Shown piece by piece: positions 26,191-39,800 of a stretch of 64,000 nucleotides of DNA. Within the stretch, counting starts at the first letter, position 1; each line of letters opens with the position of its first letter. Made by a program: the position numbers and the translations under genes. The DNA is taken from assembly GCF_006345805.1 (NCBI RefSeq), contig NC_043009.1, positions 70,990,001 through 71,054,000 of the forward strand. The letters are read 5' to 3'. This stretch comes from Octopus sinensis. Lineage: Eukaryota. Under the pieces are notes generated by a model. That model had not been told where the DNA came from and searched no databases. It worked only from the letters and a program-made list of their open reading frames with translations.

Positions 26191-26604
26191 GGTAGATTAT
26201 GAATATGCTCAACACGGGCAGACACGGCTGCAACTAACAACAACGGCAAATAAATGTATGCATGTGTCTTTATATACACATATATATATATACGTGTGTG
26301 AGTGCGTGTGTGTGTGTGTGTGTCTGTGTCTGTGCGTGTCGGTGTACGTATTTTTGTTTGCTATTGACTGCAGCTTATCTCTTGACAAATCTATCCTCCC
26401 GTTGATGAGGATAGTATCAGAAACTTCGTATTTCCCCGCCATCATTACAAACATTACAAAACGAATTGTGATTGAATCCACAAATATAAAGTTCACTTTG
26501 GTAAGTGGAATGAATGAAATTCTTCAAACACTTTTGGAATTTCTATTGATTGCAATTCTTTCTTTAGCTTTTGTTTAGCTTTTCAGCTTTCTTTTTAAAA
26601 AGCA

Positions 26605-26810
26605 GAGAGCTGGCAGAAGTTTCTGCGCTTCGGGCGAAATACTTAGCAGCATTCCGTCTGATTTAAATTCTGAGTCCAAACTCCGCCGAGGTCGACTGTG
26701 CGTTTCTTGCCTTTGGGGTCGATAAAATAAGTACCAGATGAATGATAAGATCGATTTAATCGACTAAGTCCTCCCACCAAAAGTTTAAACATTCTGCCTA
26801 AAGGAAATAA
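26605..26810 (+). mobile_element. tRNA-derived SINE, family A
   Basis: GAGCTGGCAGAAG...GAGTCCAAACTCCGCCGAGGTCGAC...GGGGTCGATAAAATAAGTACCAG. Confidence 0.8.
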
Positions 26811-27417
26811 GAAATCCTGTCCACTAAAAATAAAAACACTGTGTGTATATATATTTGTGTGTGTATACACACACACACACACAGACGTACATATATGATA
26901 AATGCTAAAACGAATTACTGTGTCAGTGTGTCACACTTCGACTCCCTCTCCCAGTATTCAATGACACTTCTACTATTCCTCATGTTGGGGTGAGAGTAAT
27001 TGTAGGCAGTGAGACGGTGACGGCGGTAGTAGACTCAGGGTTGAGATGGTAATGGGGTGTTAGTAATAGTATGAACTGTAGTTGTGATAGAGGCGGAGAC
27101 GACAGTGATGATGGTGGTGGTGATGGTAGCCGTGGCAGTCAGAAATGACGGTGGTAGTAAACGATATAAAAAAAAACAGTGGTGATGGTGGTGGAGGGGG
27201 AATCAAAGGTATTGAGGGTGGTGGCGTCAGAAGTCTGAATGGTGTGTATAGCAGTTGTGGTGGGGATGATAGTGGTACTAGTGATGGTGATGGTTGAAGA
27301 CTGTCAGCAGAAAGAGAGAGAGAGAGAAAGAGAGGTTAGATAAAAAAAATCTGTACTGACTCCCTAATGGGCAGACAAAAAATGTTGTTTATCATGCAGT
27401 TTTACAATAAGCTCAAA

Positions 27418-27476
<59 letters not shown>

Positions 27477-28202
27477 CATATATATATATATATATACATA
27501 CATACATACATACATATATATATATAAATAGATGTGTGTATTTTTCCCTTGTTAACAATTAGCACGGAAATATATATATCTATATAATATATAATATATA
27601 TACATACATATACATACATATATCAGCCGGCCGCTATCACTTTTTTCTGAAAAATAGGGGTAGCTTATCCTGTTCATGCTATGTTATTAGCATTATCCTG
27701 CGTTTGAGAATTTCAAATTACTTCTTTAACTTTCTAAGATATCTCAACGCTTCTAAACCAAATTTCGTTTGTTAGTTTACGCTCATCGTAATCTGAATGA
27801 ATTTAATATATATATATATATATATATATATTACAATAATGAAGCCAAACCAAATAATAACGTTTTGAAAGCATATAATACGGGCGCTTGAGATTTTGCT
27901 TAAAATACAACAATTCTTCGGCATTTAATACATTTCAAAATATGAAATACTTCAAATTTTCAAGTCTATTAACTGGAGAAGGTATTTCATAATGGGATTT
28001 CCCAGCCCATATTACTCAAGACCTGAAACGTACGAATTAGATACTTTCAAAATAATATTAGGTTTCAGTGCATTATTACAAATTGATGCAAGGACAAATC
28101 AACCTGATCTGATTCCATTTACTCTATCAGACATTGTTTAGCTTCAGTCGAATTATCAAGACATGAAATGTTGTACATACACACACGCGTGCGCCCACGT
28201 AC

Positions 28203-28270
<68 letters not shown>

Positions 28271-30399
28271 ATCACGTGACCGACCAGACCATCAGATGTT
28301 GTTCAACCGTGCTTTTTCTGTTGTAATTTTTTGCTACCCAGGTATCGGTTATCATTTGAATTATCCGTAATAAGATAATTCATTTATCTACTTCAATATA
28401 TATATATATATATACATGTATATGTATATATCTGTATGTATGTATGTATGTATGTATGTATGTATGTATGTGTGTATGTATGTATGTATGTATGTATGAA
28501 TGTATGTATGTATATATGTATGTATCGTTGCTATTATGCAAAAGTGCCGTAAGTCCAAAATTTTGCTTTTTCAGAAGACAGAAAAGTAGTTTCACCATTC
28601 CGTTTCTTTTCACATTAACAACGGTTCCAGCTTAACGATAATTCTTTGTTGGGTGTACATAAAATTGTAACTCCATGCGAAATTTCCAGTCAGAAATATT
28701 TTTGCAAAACTGTCGTATGTGGGACTTACTACACTTTTGAAAAATGCTAAACCGTTGTTCTACACTTTGACAATTTTTGATATCTTGGCATCTGAAGCAG
28801 CTGGAGATACGATAGTTTGACCAAAAGGAGCTGCTACTGCAAGCAAAGTTAAATATTGAAAGAAAAGAACGCATTTGGCCCAATTTGGACATACGACAGT
28901 TTAACATAATAGCCACGATAGGTGATGCAAATAAGTGTCATCCTCCAAGTTTCACCAGTGTTTTTCTTTTCTTTTTCTTTTCTTCAGGTGTTGGCTCTAG
29001 AGACATCAGGAGTTAACTCCCCCTCAACTTTCAGCTTTATTTCAGAATTCGAGGCAAGCGCATTCGAAGCAACTGGAAACATCCTCAGAAACGTTTTGCG
29101 GCTCCGTGAGAGAATCTCCGATGCCATAATGAGGGTTGAACCGTTAGCATTCTAATCTACCTCAACAGCTTGTTATGTTAATCAATGCCTTCCATCATTG
29201 GTCTGTTCGAGTGAGGTTGCTTTTGGACTAACAAACACACCAACGAGATACAACATATTTTAAATACAGAATCATTTTATTCATTCGTGAGACAGTATTT
29301 ACGATTCCTTTTGTCATGTGACCAACACTGTATGGAGCCATCTTGTTATTGATTCACTCCATCAGATAAGTTTTTATTCTCCAAGCTATGAATTATTCAA
29401 TATACTAAAATAGTTTATGAAAACAACATCAAGTAGAAATCAGAAATACGAGTCGAATTTGAAGCCAAGAAAATAGTTCTCTAATTTCAGGAAGTTTTGG
29501 AAGAATATACAAAACCTGTTTGTCTCTGAATCAAGCGATATCACTTTACGTTGTATATCTATTACATATATCTGTATAGTTAAAATATTCGCTTGCAACT
29601 ACAAGTTTTCAGGTTCGATACCACTGCGTAATAAAATACCCTAACAAGTTGATCAACACTTTTTTTTTCTTCTTGCTTTTTATGAATTTGGAAACGGAAT
29701 GGAAACTATGTGAAGCCTCACGTATACTTTAAATGTCTATATCAGTAGAATATCAGAGGTAGACGAGATATCAGGAGCTAAGAAATTCTGCATATATAGA
29801 ACGACGAACATACGGTTGAAACATAAGTGTTGGGAATTCAATGCACATCGTCAGTATAAGAGACAGTTACGCTGAAGTAGGTCGAGGAAAATAAAACCAG
29901 CCAGGCTGTGTTTCTGTCCCCCGAAACTACGCAAGATGTGCATCCATAGCAGACCAACATTCATTTATGTGACTATGTGACATTAATGGTTGTCTTTGGT
30001 GTCTAGGCTATGTAAAGTTATGGGGAGCAGAACATACTCGGTAGCATAGCAAGCTGCTTGTTGGTGTACTAAACTTTTCGTACCTGTGGCACGCTGGTGT
30101 TGACTGAGAATTTTCATAAGGGTCTGCGTGTCTGAGGAATACTCAACCAGACATGCGCTAATTTATTGAGCATGGAATTCATAACAGAATCCTTAATCAT
30201 AACAGAATCGTAACAGGCTCTTAACAGAATCCTTAATCCTTATCGCCCGGTATACGTATCTGTGTGTGTGTTTTTGTGTGAGTGTGTGTGTTTGTCTGTC
30301 TGTATTTGTGTGTGTGTGTGTGTGTGTGTGTGTTTGTGCGTGTGTATAAATGTATTTATATAAGTTTAGTAATAAAAATGAGAAGATAGAACTCAAAAT

Positions 30400-30560
30400 A
30401 TTGGTTTCAAATTCTGGCACAATGCCAGCAATTGTGGAGGAGGGTGCAAGCCGATAACACTGGCCCCAGGTTTCAACTAGTACTTGATTTTATCGATTTG
30501 AAAGGATGAAAGTCATAGTGAACCACAGAAGTCAGAACATAAAGACGGACGAAATGCCCC
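30400..30560 (-). mobile_element. tRNA-derived SINE, family A, partial
   Basis: TTTCAAATTCTGGCACAA...TAGTACTTGATTTTATCGA...AGAACATAAAGACGGACGAAATGCC. Confidence 0.7.
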
Positions 30561-30564
30561 TGGG

Positions 30565-31270
30565 GCCGCAGGGAGGAGCGAGAGAAGGCGATAACAGCCC
30601 AGCGAAGTGTTTATATCGCGCCTACAAGATGCTGTCATCAATAAAATCCAATTGGTGATGCATCAACATTGGCATAGAAAAACTATGCTACGTGGACTTT
30701 GCAGATGATATCTGCTTGACTTCTCATGCATCTAAGGAAATGGAAGAATTAGCTGGCCGATTTCCACACTAAAATCCAACTTGTCGGCTTCAACATAAAC
30801 CTTAAAAAGGTTACTGCTGCCAGTAACTGCCACCATAAACAGCAAGACCGTACACAAGGTAGACAGCTACGTCTATCAGGGAAGATAGTGACGGAAAACG
30901 GAATCCTCCTCCCGGAAATAAGAGAAGAAAAGCTGGGTGACCTTTAGGGAGGCAGAAAACCCCACGAGAAGTCTCAAGGCTTCGATGAAAATTAAAAGGA
31001 AGAATCTCAACGAATATATCGTGCCAATAGTGATTTTAAGCAATGAAACATGGACTCTCAACACTAGCATCACGAACGCCCTGATTTTAGCTCAACGGAA
31101 AAGATAACGAATCATGTCCGGTATTACATTGTCGGACGAGAAAACTAATGCCTGGATTCGAGATCAGACGAAAGTCAATGATATTCTAGGAATCATCAAG
31201 GAGAATAAAATTTTGCTGGGCTGGCCACATCCTACGACCCAAGGACAACAGGGGTGTAATCATGGTGACG
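30565..31270 (+). mobile_element. RTE-clade LINE RT and C-terminal fragment, degenerate
   Basis: GIEKLCYVDFADDICL (FADD), GITLSDEKTNAWIRDQTKVNDILGIIKE and, after a frameshift, WAGHILRPKDNR. Confidence 0.88.
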
Positions 31271-31889
31271 GGATAGGATACTGGATATACATATATGTGT
31301 GTGTGTATGTGTATGTATGTGTGCATATATATATATACACACGTGCATATATACATACGTATATGCGTGTGTGTGTCTATGTATATGTATAGATATTGTT
31401 TATTTTTAATTGGTTGATATTACGAAGTGATCCATGGACCAAGATTTACACTCATTGGCAATTCTTAAAAGGGATCAGGGCCACTACATGAAACTCTCTG
31501 CGCTTGAATCATTTATTCAATTTGTAACTTCTGTCGATTAAATAATATATAATTTTTCTATATTCGCACACACACACACACACACACATAGACACAACCA
31601 TCATTAACTGCGTGGGTTCCTTCTCATGCTCAAGAATTTCAATTTCCCTCTGTTGAAAGAAAGAGATATCAGCAGAAAGAAACACCAGTAGCTTGCTTTA
31701 TAATTGGATTACAACGACTGAAGAATGTGACCCGCAGAAGAATATGAAAGGCGCCTAGTTAAACAGTAGCCCGACCGCTTCCTACTTAGATTCATTAGAC
31801 CACGTGAACTGCCATCCCGACGAACGTACCACCATTACATACACATTTATGTGTGTATTTATATGTGTATATATGTATTTCTGTATGTA

Positions 31890-31970
<81 letters not shown>

Positions 31971-32020
31971 CATGTATATATACATGTATATATACATGTA
32001 TATACATATATATATATGTT

Positions 32021-32063
<43 letters not shown>

Positions 32064-32082
32064 TATATATATATATATATAG

Positions 32083-32115
<33 letters not shown>

Positions 32116-32316
32116 TACAAACACACATATTTATATATAAACATATAATTACACATACATATATACATATATTCATGAGGTATTGTCTGATGTATACTAA
32201 TGATATACACATTTTTTAATCCAAAATAATGTAAGTTATGAAAAAATAAACGCTACCAACCATTGAGTTGTATTGTTGATTTTTTTATTTTTAACTTCCA
32301 TTGTCTTGGTTATAAT

Positions 32317-32370
<54 letters not shown>

Positions 32371-32471
32371 TCCGTAATAATGAAGGGTGAAATTAATTAA
32401 TTTGGAAAAATTATCAATTACACCAAGTAGTCTTCGGCATGTAAAAGCCTCATTCGAGGAAAATTTAAGTA

Positions 32472-32649
32472 ATACTAAGCAATAAGGGTTTAGCAACGAG
32501 TTGCCTTACCACATACCGAATTTAGAAATAGCAGTCAAAGGGTTATAGCTATTTCTTCTACTAGTAGAAGAAATAGCTATAACCCTTTGACTGCTATTTC
32601 TAAATTCGGTATGTGGTAAGGCAACTCGTTGCTAAACCCTTATTGCTTA

Positions 32650-32653
<4 letters not shown>
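32472..32653. repeat. Perfect 182-bp palindrome (91-bp arms, no spacer)
   Basis: Centre ...CTTCTACT|AGTAGAAG... at 32562/32563. Arms read as exact reverse complements out to 32472/32653; pairing breaks at 32471/32654. Confidence 0.95.
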
Positions 32654-32722
<69 letters not shown>

Positions 32723-33731
32723 CATATATATGTGTGTGTGTGTGTGTAGATATGTTTATATATATGTATATATTTATAGAGTGGGTGAGAGCAAAATAAT
32801 ATGTAACACACAGTGGTGCTCAAAAGAATGCGAACATAAATTCTAACTTCGTCATCCATACTCAGGTCTACGACCATAAGAGCAGTCCTAATCGAGCTAT
32901 TATGGAAGTAATAAGATGGATGTGCCAATCTGCTCTTGAAAAATTAATCTTAACCATTAATCACTAGTGAATGGAGAGTTGAACGCTGTAATGTTAGTAA
33001 TAGTGTTCGTATATCGAGTGTTGTGCTTGCGGGTGCTAGGGGGCGAGATTAACATATCGTAGTAGGAGGGATTAGATTTCTAATATTTGTGTTTTTTATT
33101 TTTTTCTAATGCAGATTTTGTTAGGCCGATTGTAATTAACAATGCATCGTCCCTGTATAAACCACCTTTGATATGTATATATATATTCATTATTTGCGTC
33201 ACAAGCAGCTTTAGTTTGAAATAGTAATCTGTGCAGTATATCGTACTTAAAGGCACATGCTTTATTGAAAGATTAATTAAGCATTTCTTCTACACGAACA
33301 CCGCAGCTGGACAATTTTCGCAGTAATAATGAGCATGCAAACTGATAACCTAAAACTACAACACTGGTTATTGAATCACATGCAAACTGTCTTTGCAGGA
33401 TTGCCAAATTCTACAAATTGCCGACTACTACTACTACTACTACTACTAATACTAATACTACTATGTGGACATTGTAATGGAAAGAACTGTTGTCGCTACT
33501 TAGCCAGAGTTTCCAACATATTAATAAAAGTTTAAATATTCTCACTTAGAAGCCCTTTTAAATATCTTTTGATTGTCATCGCTCCAGCCCGGAACGTCTG
33601 AGGATATGGACGTATTCTACATGGACGAAATATGAAACCGGGTTGAAGAGCTATTGAACACTTTTACATACATATACATATATCTACTTATGATTATATG
33701 ATATATGCACAGGCATATGTATACACCCACA

Positions 33732-33770
<39 letters not shown>

Positions 33771-34283
33771 TATATATATATACATATAGACACACACCAA
33801 CACAAAAATACATGTCCATAAGTCTTAACTTTACATGAGTGACTATATCTCTAATCTATTCAGGGTAACTGGTCTGCAATGAATATTACATACCTTGTAA
33901 ACTAAAAAAGAGAACAATTCCACAATTTCCATAATATATGACTGCTGTACACAGAAGTGTTTCAATTTTTCAATAATTTCATATTTTTCAGAATACCGTT
34001 TTGCTAACGTGTTGACTTACTTTTTAATTAAACTTTAACAAATTACATTTGTTTATCTCTCATTCCATTTCATTCCTTTCTCTTACATCCCGTGTCCACG
34101 TCCACCACGTGTTCCAGTTTATTCTTATACATATTGTTTTTACATTTTTTTTATTCTAGCTTTTTATTAAGAATTTTCTCTTTGGTTTGCTTTCCTATCA
34201 AAAGTACTTAGAGTATACACACACACTCACATACACACACAAACACATAAATATATGCATATATATATATAAATATGTAGGTA

Positions 34284-34323
<40 letters not shown>

Positions 34324-34964
34324 TATATATATATATAATATATATATATATATTATATTATATATATATATATATATATCACCCACCATACTTTTATATG
34401 TGTGATGTGTGTGTTTGAGTGTGTGGGCGTGTGTGTGTGTGTACACACTACATACATGGTTCCACTGTGACTATCTTTCAGAACAGATCTTTACACACAA
34501 ATCCCACAAACACACCATCACAAACACGTAAATCATATCTTGACATAAATCCCACCACCACCTCCTCCTCCTCCGCCGCCACAAACATCACGGCCAACAA
34601 AACAGTTTTACTTTTTTACCTTTCTCGATGTCTTTTCATTAATCTTCACACAGCTTTGATCATTGTGAAATACATTAGCAACACACACAACAACACGGGG
34701 ACTGACAGACACAACATAAACATTGGCACATACGACAAATATTGACAGATTCAAAACACAACACCCACACGTGTGGCACAACTACACCGAACGCAACATC
34801 GACAAACAACAACACAACCACTGATTCATATAACACAAGTACTGACACAAAACAAAGCAAACGCACACAGGGCAAAAACCGATGCACAAACTCTAACATA
34901 TTCCATACACCGACACACAACAGACTTTCTAACACCACGAGCATTCCTGATATTGATTTCATAT

Positions 34965-35172
34965 TTTGGAATAAGGCTCGCGATTCCGGGGGAAGGAGGT
35001 AAATCGATTACGTCGATCTCAGTACTTAATTTATCGATCCCCCCCTCCCCGTGGCAAAGGATGAAAGAGTAAATTGACCTCAGCGGAATTCGAACTCGGA
35101 ACGGACAGATGGACAATAATGCCACTAAACATTTTGCCTGGCGTGCTAACCATTCTACCATCTTGCCGACCT
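34965..35172 (-). mobile_element. tRNA-derived SINE, family A
   Basis: Reverse complement has GGCAAGATGGTAGAATGGTTAGCACGCCAGGC...GAGTTCGAATTCCGCTGAGGTCAA. Confidence 0.8.
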
Positions 35173-35362
35173 CGGTCATGTCTAATATTGGCATTACATG
35201 AGTTGGCGTGTGATATTGTAGATTTCAAATGTATCACCTCTCCCTCTCTCCCTCTCTCATCACATATATCTGTGGCATTTCATCGATATCTCTTTAGATA
35301 TGTGTGAATGTGCGCATTTACAAACGTGTGTGTTTGATTTTGTGTGCGTGTATTTATGTGTA

Positions 35363-35400
<38 letters not shown>

Positions 35401-35405
35401 GTGTG

Positions 35406-35439
<34 letters not shown>

Positions 35440-36744
35440 CATGTCTGTAAGTCAGAATGTCCAATTTTTCTCATTCCTCCAAACTTTCAATCATTACATT
35501 CCTATCCCCGCCATTTCTCTGCGTATTTCACTCTTACTTTGGACTTCCAATTCATTTATTCCCACCTCACCCTCTCTCCCTCTCTTCCTCTCTCTATCTC
35601 TCTCTTTCTCTCCCTCTCTCATTTCTGCTATCTATTTACATTTTATTTATGTTTATGAATCTTTCAGAACTTCTATCTTATATATCGCTCAGAATTATTA
35701 AATGAGTCTCTCTCACCCTCACTCACTCTCTCGCACCCCTTTTCTCTCTCTCTCTCTCTCGTTCCCCCCTCTCTCTCTCTCTCTCTCTCTGTGATACAAT
35801 TTAAAGAACATACTCTGTGTCTGTTCTTTCTCTCCCCGTTCCATTTTTTCCTGTCTTTATCCCAAATCGATTTGAAAATATTGGCAACAGTTGAAAAGAA
35901 TGCAGTCTACTCGATGTCTACGTTAGAAACAACGAAGTATAGCAAAACAGTTCCGTTTAATGAAGTTCCCCGACCGAAAATGACACTTCATCTCAGCGCC
36001 TCTTGCCAATAGACGTCTATTAAGAAGTATTCGACAATCTGTACTAAAGACTCTCTGCGTTTAACACCCTGACTTGGCACCGGGCTATATTGCATACTAT
36101 ACAGTGGCATCGACCTTGTAGATTCTTCTCTGGCGCTTCACTAATAGAAATAGCAAGTAAATTTTCTTCAAACTTTGCACTGACGTCTTAAATATCTGAC
36201 ATTCGAGATTAAACAACTAACATCCATGACCGAACAGTGTTAGTAAAATGGCTCCTCGAACAAGTTTAATGAAGGGCAAATTAAATAATATGGTTCTGTT
36301 ACACGGTATCAACAAAATAACGCGGAATAATTTTGACTGGAGTGTCTTTGATATGTCTGATAATTCAAGGCTGATCCGGAGATAAACAATAAAAATTCGT
36401 TTATAGTTTTCAGACATAACAGTAGCTAGAGCTCCCTCAAATCCTACACAACTATATTAAAAGCATTTTGTGTTTATCTGGAGATGTATTCGCAAATATA
36501 AACTACACTTGAAAATATCGTTAAAACTGGAGCGTCTTTGATCTGAGGTAATTTAGATCAACTTTACCCGAGGCTAAATAACTACAGAAAGGACAAGAAT
36601 GGATAATGTAGTACATGAGAGAAAGTACTTCAAAAATAAGACTGAAAGGTCACCGTTGGGTGAAACGCCTATATATATAAGTCTGTTTGATCAGGGCTGA
36701 CATGGAGTTAAACAACTCATTTTATAATTAATTAAATTTTTACG

Positions 36745-36920
36745 GTATTTTAGCGGCATTAAGTCTGTCTTTACGTTCTGGGTTCATGTTCCGCCGAGGT
36801 CGACTTGGTCTTTCATCCTTTCGAAGCCGGTAAGTTAAGTGCCAGTTGCGTAATTGGGTCGATCTAATGGACTGGCCTCCTCCCCAAAAGTTTCTGGACT
36901 TGTGCCAAGAGCAGAAAGGA
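36745..36920 (+). mobile_element. tRNA-derived SINE, family A
   Basis: TTAGCGGCATT...GTTCTGGGTTCATGTTCCGCCGAGGTCGACTTGGTCTTTCATCCTTTCG... Confidence 0.8.
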
Positions 36921-37515
36921 ATATAATTACAAAATATATAACTGACAAAAGATGGTGAAGGTAAGGAATAAAAATGTCGGCCTGACCAAAAATCATTAGA
37001 GTAAGAACTTAGTTTCACCCTACGAATGCTGAACCAAAATACTAGGAAGGTCGACTTTATATTTCACTATGTCCATCAGAGGAGGATAAGAAAGTGAAGT
37101 ACCAGTGATATCATATCACCAGCGCGTTACAATTTACAAGCCTTCACCCAATGTAAAGGGATCGATACGGAGTACCAGCAATGATAATCGAATTTTTGTA
37201 GCTTTTTCTTTTGTTTTGTTTTTTTTAAACAGAAGTGTTTGGCTTAGTAATACTAATTTATTAGTTACGAAGTCGATGTAAATGGCCACTAGAATAAGAT
37301 TTGACAAAGTCTCCTTGGAAGGGCTTCGAACCTTTGTAATAAACGGACGTGAACTAAAGATCGAAGAACATTTTTGCCTGGATGCTGTATTGATTTTATT
37401 GTAGATTGCAGTATTCACAAATTTACCAATAATCAAGTAAGTTCTAGATAGCTTGGTACTTTATTTAGGTTTGGATTTAATTTGTAAGCAAAACTGTGTG
37501 AGAGTATGTTTCTGC

Positions 37516-37565
<50 letters not shown>

Positions 37566-37587
37566 TTATATATATATATATGTGTGT

Positions 37588-37634
<47 letters not shown>

Positions 37635-37803
37635 ACATAGCAAATTCGGTTTTTTATACCAATCTCTCAACCAATAATCATCGAATACTGAAGCTGGCGC
37701 AGTACTGTACCAGTATCTCCAATTCTAGCATTCAATTCGGCTTTCTGCCCCACCCTATCGCTCGTAAATACAACCCCAAGACGCTTAAACGTCTCCACTG
37801 GTC

Positions 37804-38125
37804 TCTAATTATAGAGGAACCTCCTTGATGATTATCCTCAGTAAAATCTGTGCTCGATGTCTGGAAAGTAGAGGTAGGAAAATTGTCGAAATCGAAACGG
37901 CTGAAACAGGCTTCCGTCCTGGATACAGCACAACCGAAAAAATATTCTTTGAAAGGTAGGTCTTCGGGGAATTGTAGGAATATTGTCAGTAAGTGTATGC
38001 TTGCTTTGTAGACCTCTGAAATCTAGACCTCTGCGTGCCGTGAAATATTTTTGTAGGTGTTTGAGATTAATGGACAATGTCCAAGTGCTTGTGTTCGTGT
38101 AAACGGTGCTGGGTGTGAATCTTTG
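37804..38125 (+). mobile_element. RTE-clade LINE RT fragment
   Basis: SNYRGTSLMIILSKICARCLESR...ETGFRPGYSTTEKIF, then CFVDL-like and ACVRVNG-like remnants. Confidence 0.75.
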
Positions 38126-39589
38126 ACAGGGGTGCGAATTTTCATCTCACTTTTCATAATTATTATGAACTGGATTGACACACACAACTGTTGAGGTATT
38201 GGAATCAGAATCGATGGGTGTAGGATCGATCGATATTTTCAGGCAACATGGTGCTACATAGCTCGTCAGAATATAATTTTCGGCATACATTAAACACGTT
38301 CGCAGCCGAGTGCTGCAAGACAAGAAGAATAAGTGTCGCAAATATATGAGTTCTCTCAAGAAAGTCACCCCTAGTGCACTCTCCATGTTAATACACTTCA
38401 TGAATATTCTTTTGAAATGCATGAATGCCGCGACCTCCTGTTAAAGTACAATGACTTTGTACTTTCTCGAAAACAACAAGTATCCTAATATGATTTGGTG
38501 CATTAGACAGAGATAGGCTTGGTCTGTGTGCTAAGAAATTTCTCTTTGGGAACAGGCGGCTTCAAGTTCAATCCTTCAGTGCAGCATTCTGTAGACTCAT
38601 CTTCGAATACTTCTGAAAGAAATTTGGCAGAACTAATCTGAGTGAAACTGTTTATCCTTATGGTTGTACCTGCGCCTAGAATTGTCGCAGCTGGAATATC
38701 TTTTCTCAAAAGTCTTCTCGCCTAGGCCTACCGGAAGTTAAGCATAAAAACACGTGTCGAGACATATAAAACTGTTGATATTAGAGCAGTTATTTATTAG
38801 AATTTTATGCCAATGCGAGATGTGAAAGAAGTGCAGTAATCGTCCTTATATGGACAAGAAAGAAATTAAATAGGAATTCAATCAAAATATTTCAATTTCT
38901 TAATTTTACCTTGAATTAATCTACAATTTAAACTATAAACCTTAAAGTAAGATGATTTACTTTTTATCGTCTAATCCATTCGCTCGTTGTACATCTGCTT
39001 ACCAGATATATTTATCGACCTATGACCAATGGTATTCTAGATACCGTTTCCAGTATTGCATCGTGTAGTTACGGCTGTTTGGTTAACAATTTCGCTTAAT
39101 AACTGCATGACATCTTATCACTGTAACAGTGCAGTACCTCGGGCAAGTGGATTATTCTGTCACCTCTGGTCGACCAGTTTTCAAGTTCAGATCTGATGGA
39201 CGGAAACTGTATGGAGGCTTTCCAGACAGAACTTGCTAGTTTTTTATTTTTTTATTTTATGGCAGACTTAATTCTTTACTGTGTTTGAACACCACACTTT
39301 TCACTTTAATGTCTTAAACATTCGAGCGAAGCCCGGATTTAAAGGTTGATTTCTTTTCTTCCATTTATTAATCCTGAAGGCCTGAAAAAAGTAAAAAAAA
39401 CATCGCCTTACATCCTTTCACTTACACCGTAAATATATATTTCAAAGCATTTTTAAAAGCTTCATTCGGAGATAGGGTTAAAATCGCCAATGCTACTCTT
39501 GGTGGCTCAAAAGCTACGCTAAATCGCAATGGTTAATTGCAGCTGGAGGTAAAGTGTATTAAGGTTCTAAGATTTATGAAACTGTAACC

Positions 39590-39800
39590 TTTGCGAACAC
39601 GATCACAGCACATTGCCAGTCACCTGATGCAATCTATAAATCTATTGAGTACCAGAAGTTGGGAAAATATAATGCCATTGAGAAACACAAAATATATCCC
39701 ATTGCTTGGACTATTTGCATTACTATTTGTCGACTACACCGAAGAGTTTCCTTGGATTCTGCTGTTTACGACCATAGATTCAATTATCTTGAAGTTGATC
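39590..39800 (+). mobile_element. Probable RTE-type RT fragment
   Basis: RSQHIASHLMQSI...KYIPL...LLFVDYTEEF resembles RST.DHI....Q...EYN.PL...FVDY.KAF. Confidence 0.45.

Noticed and set aside
33598-33640. CTGAGGA...GGACGAAA hammerhead-like motif
   Set aside because: No clean stem II, III or I.
38503-38709. 68-aa minus-strand ORF as a host exon
   Set aside because: No recognisable domain, convincing splice sites or neighbouring exons.
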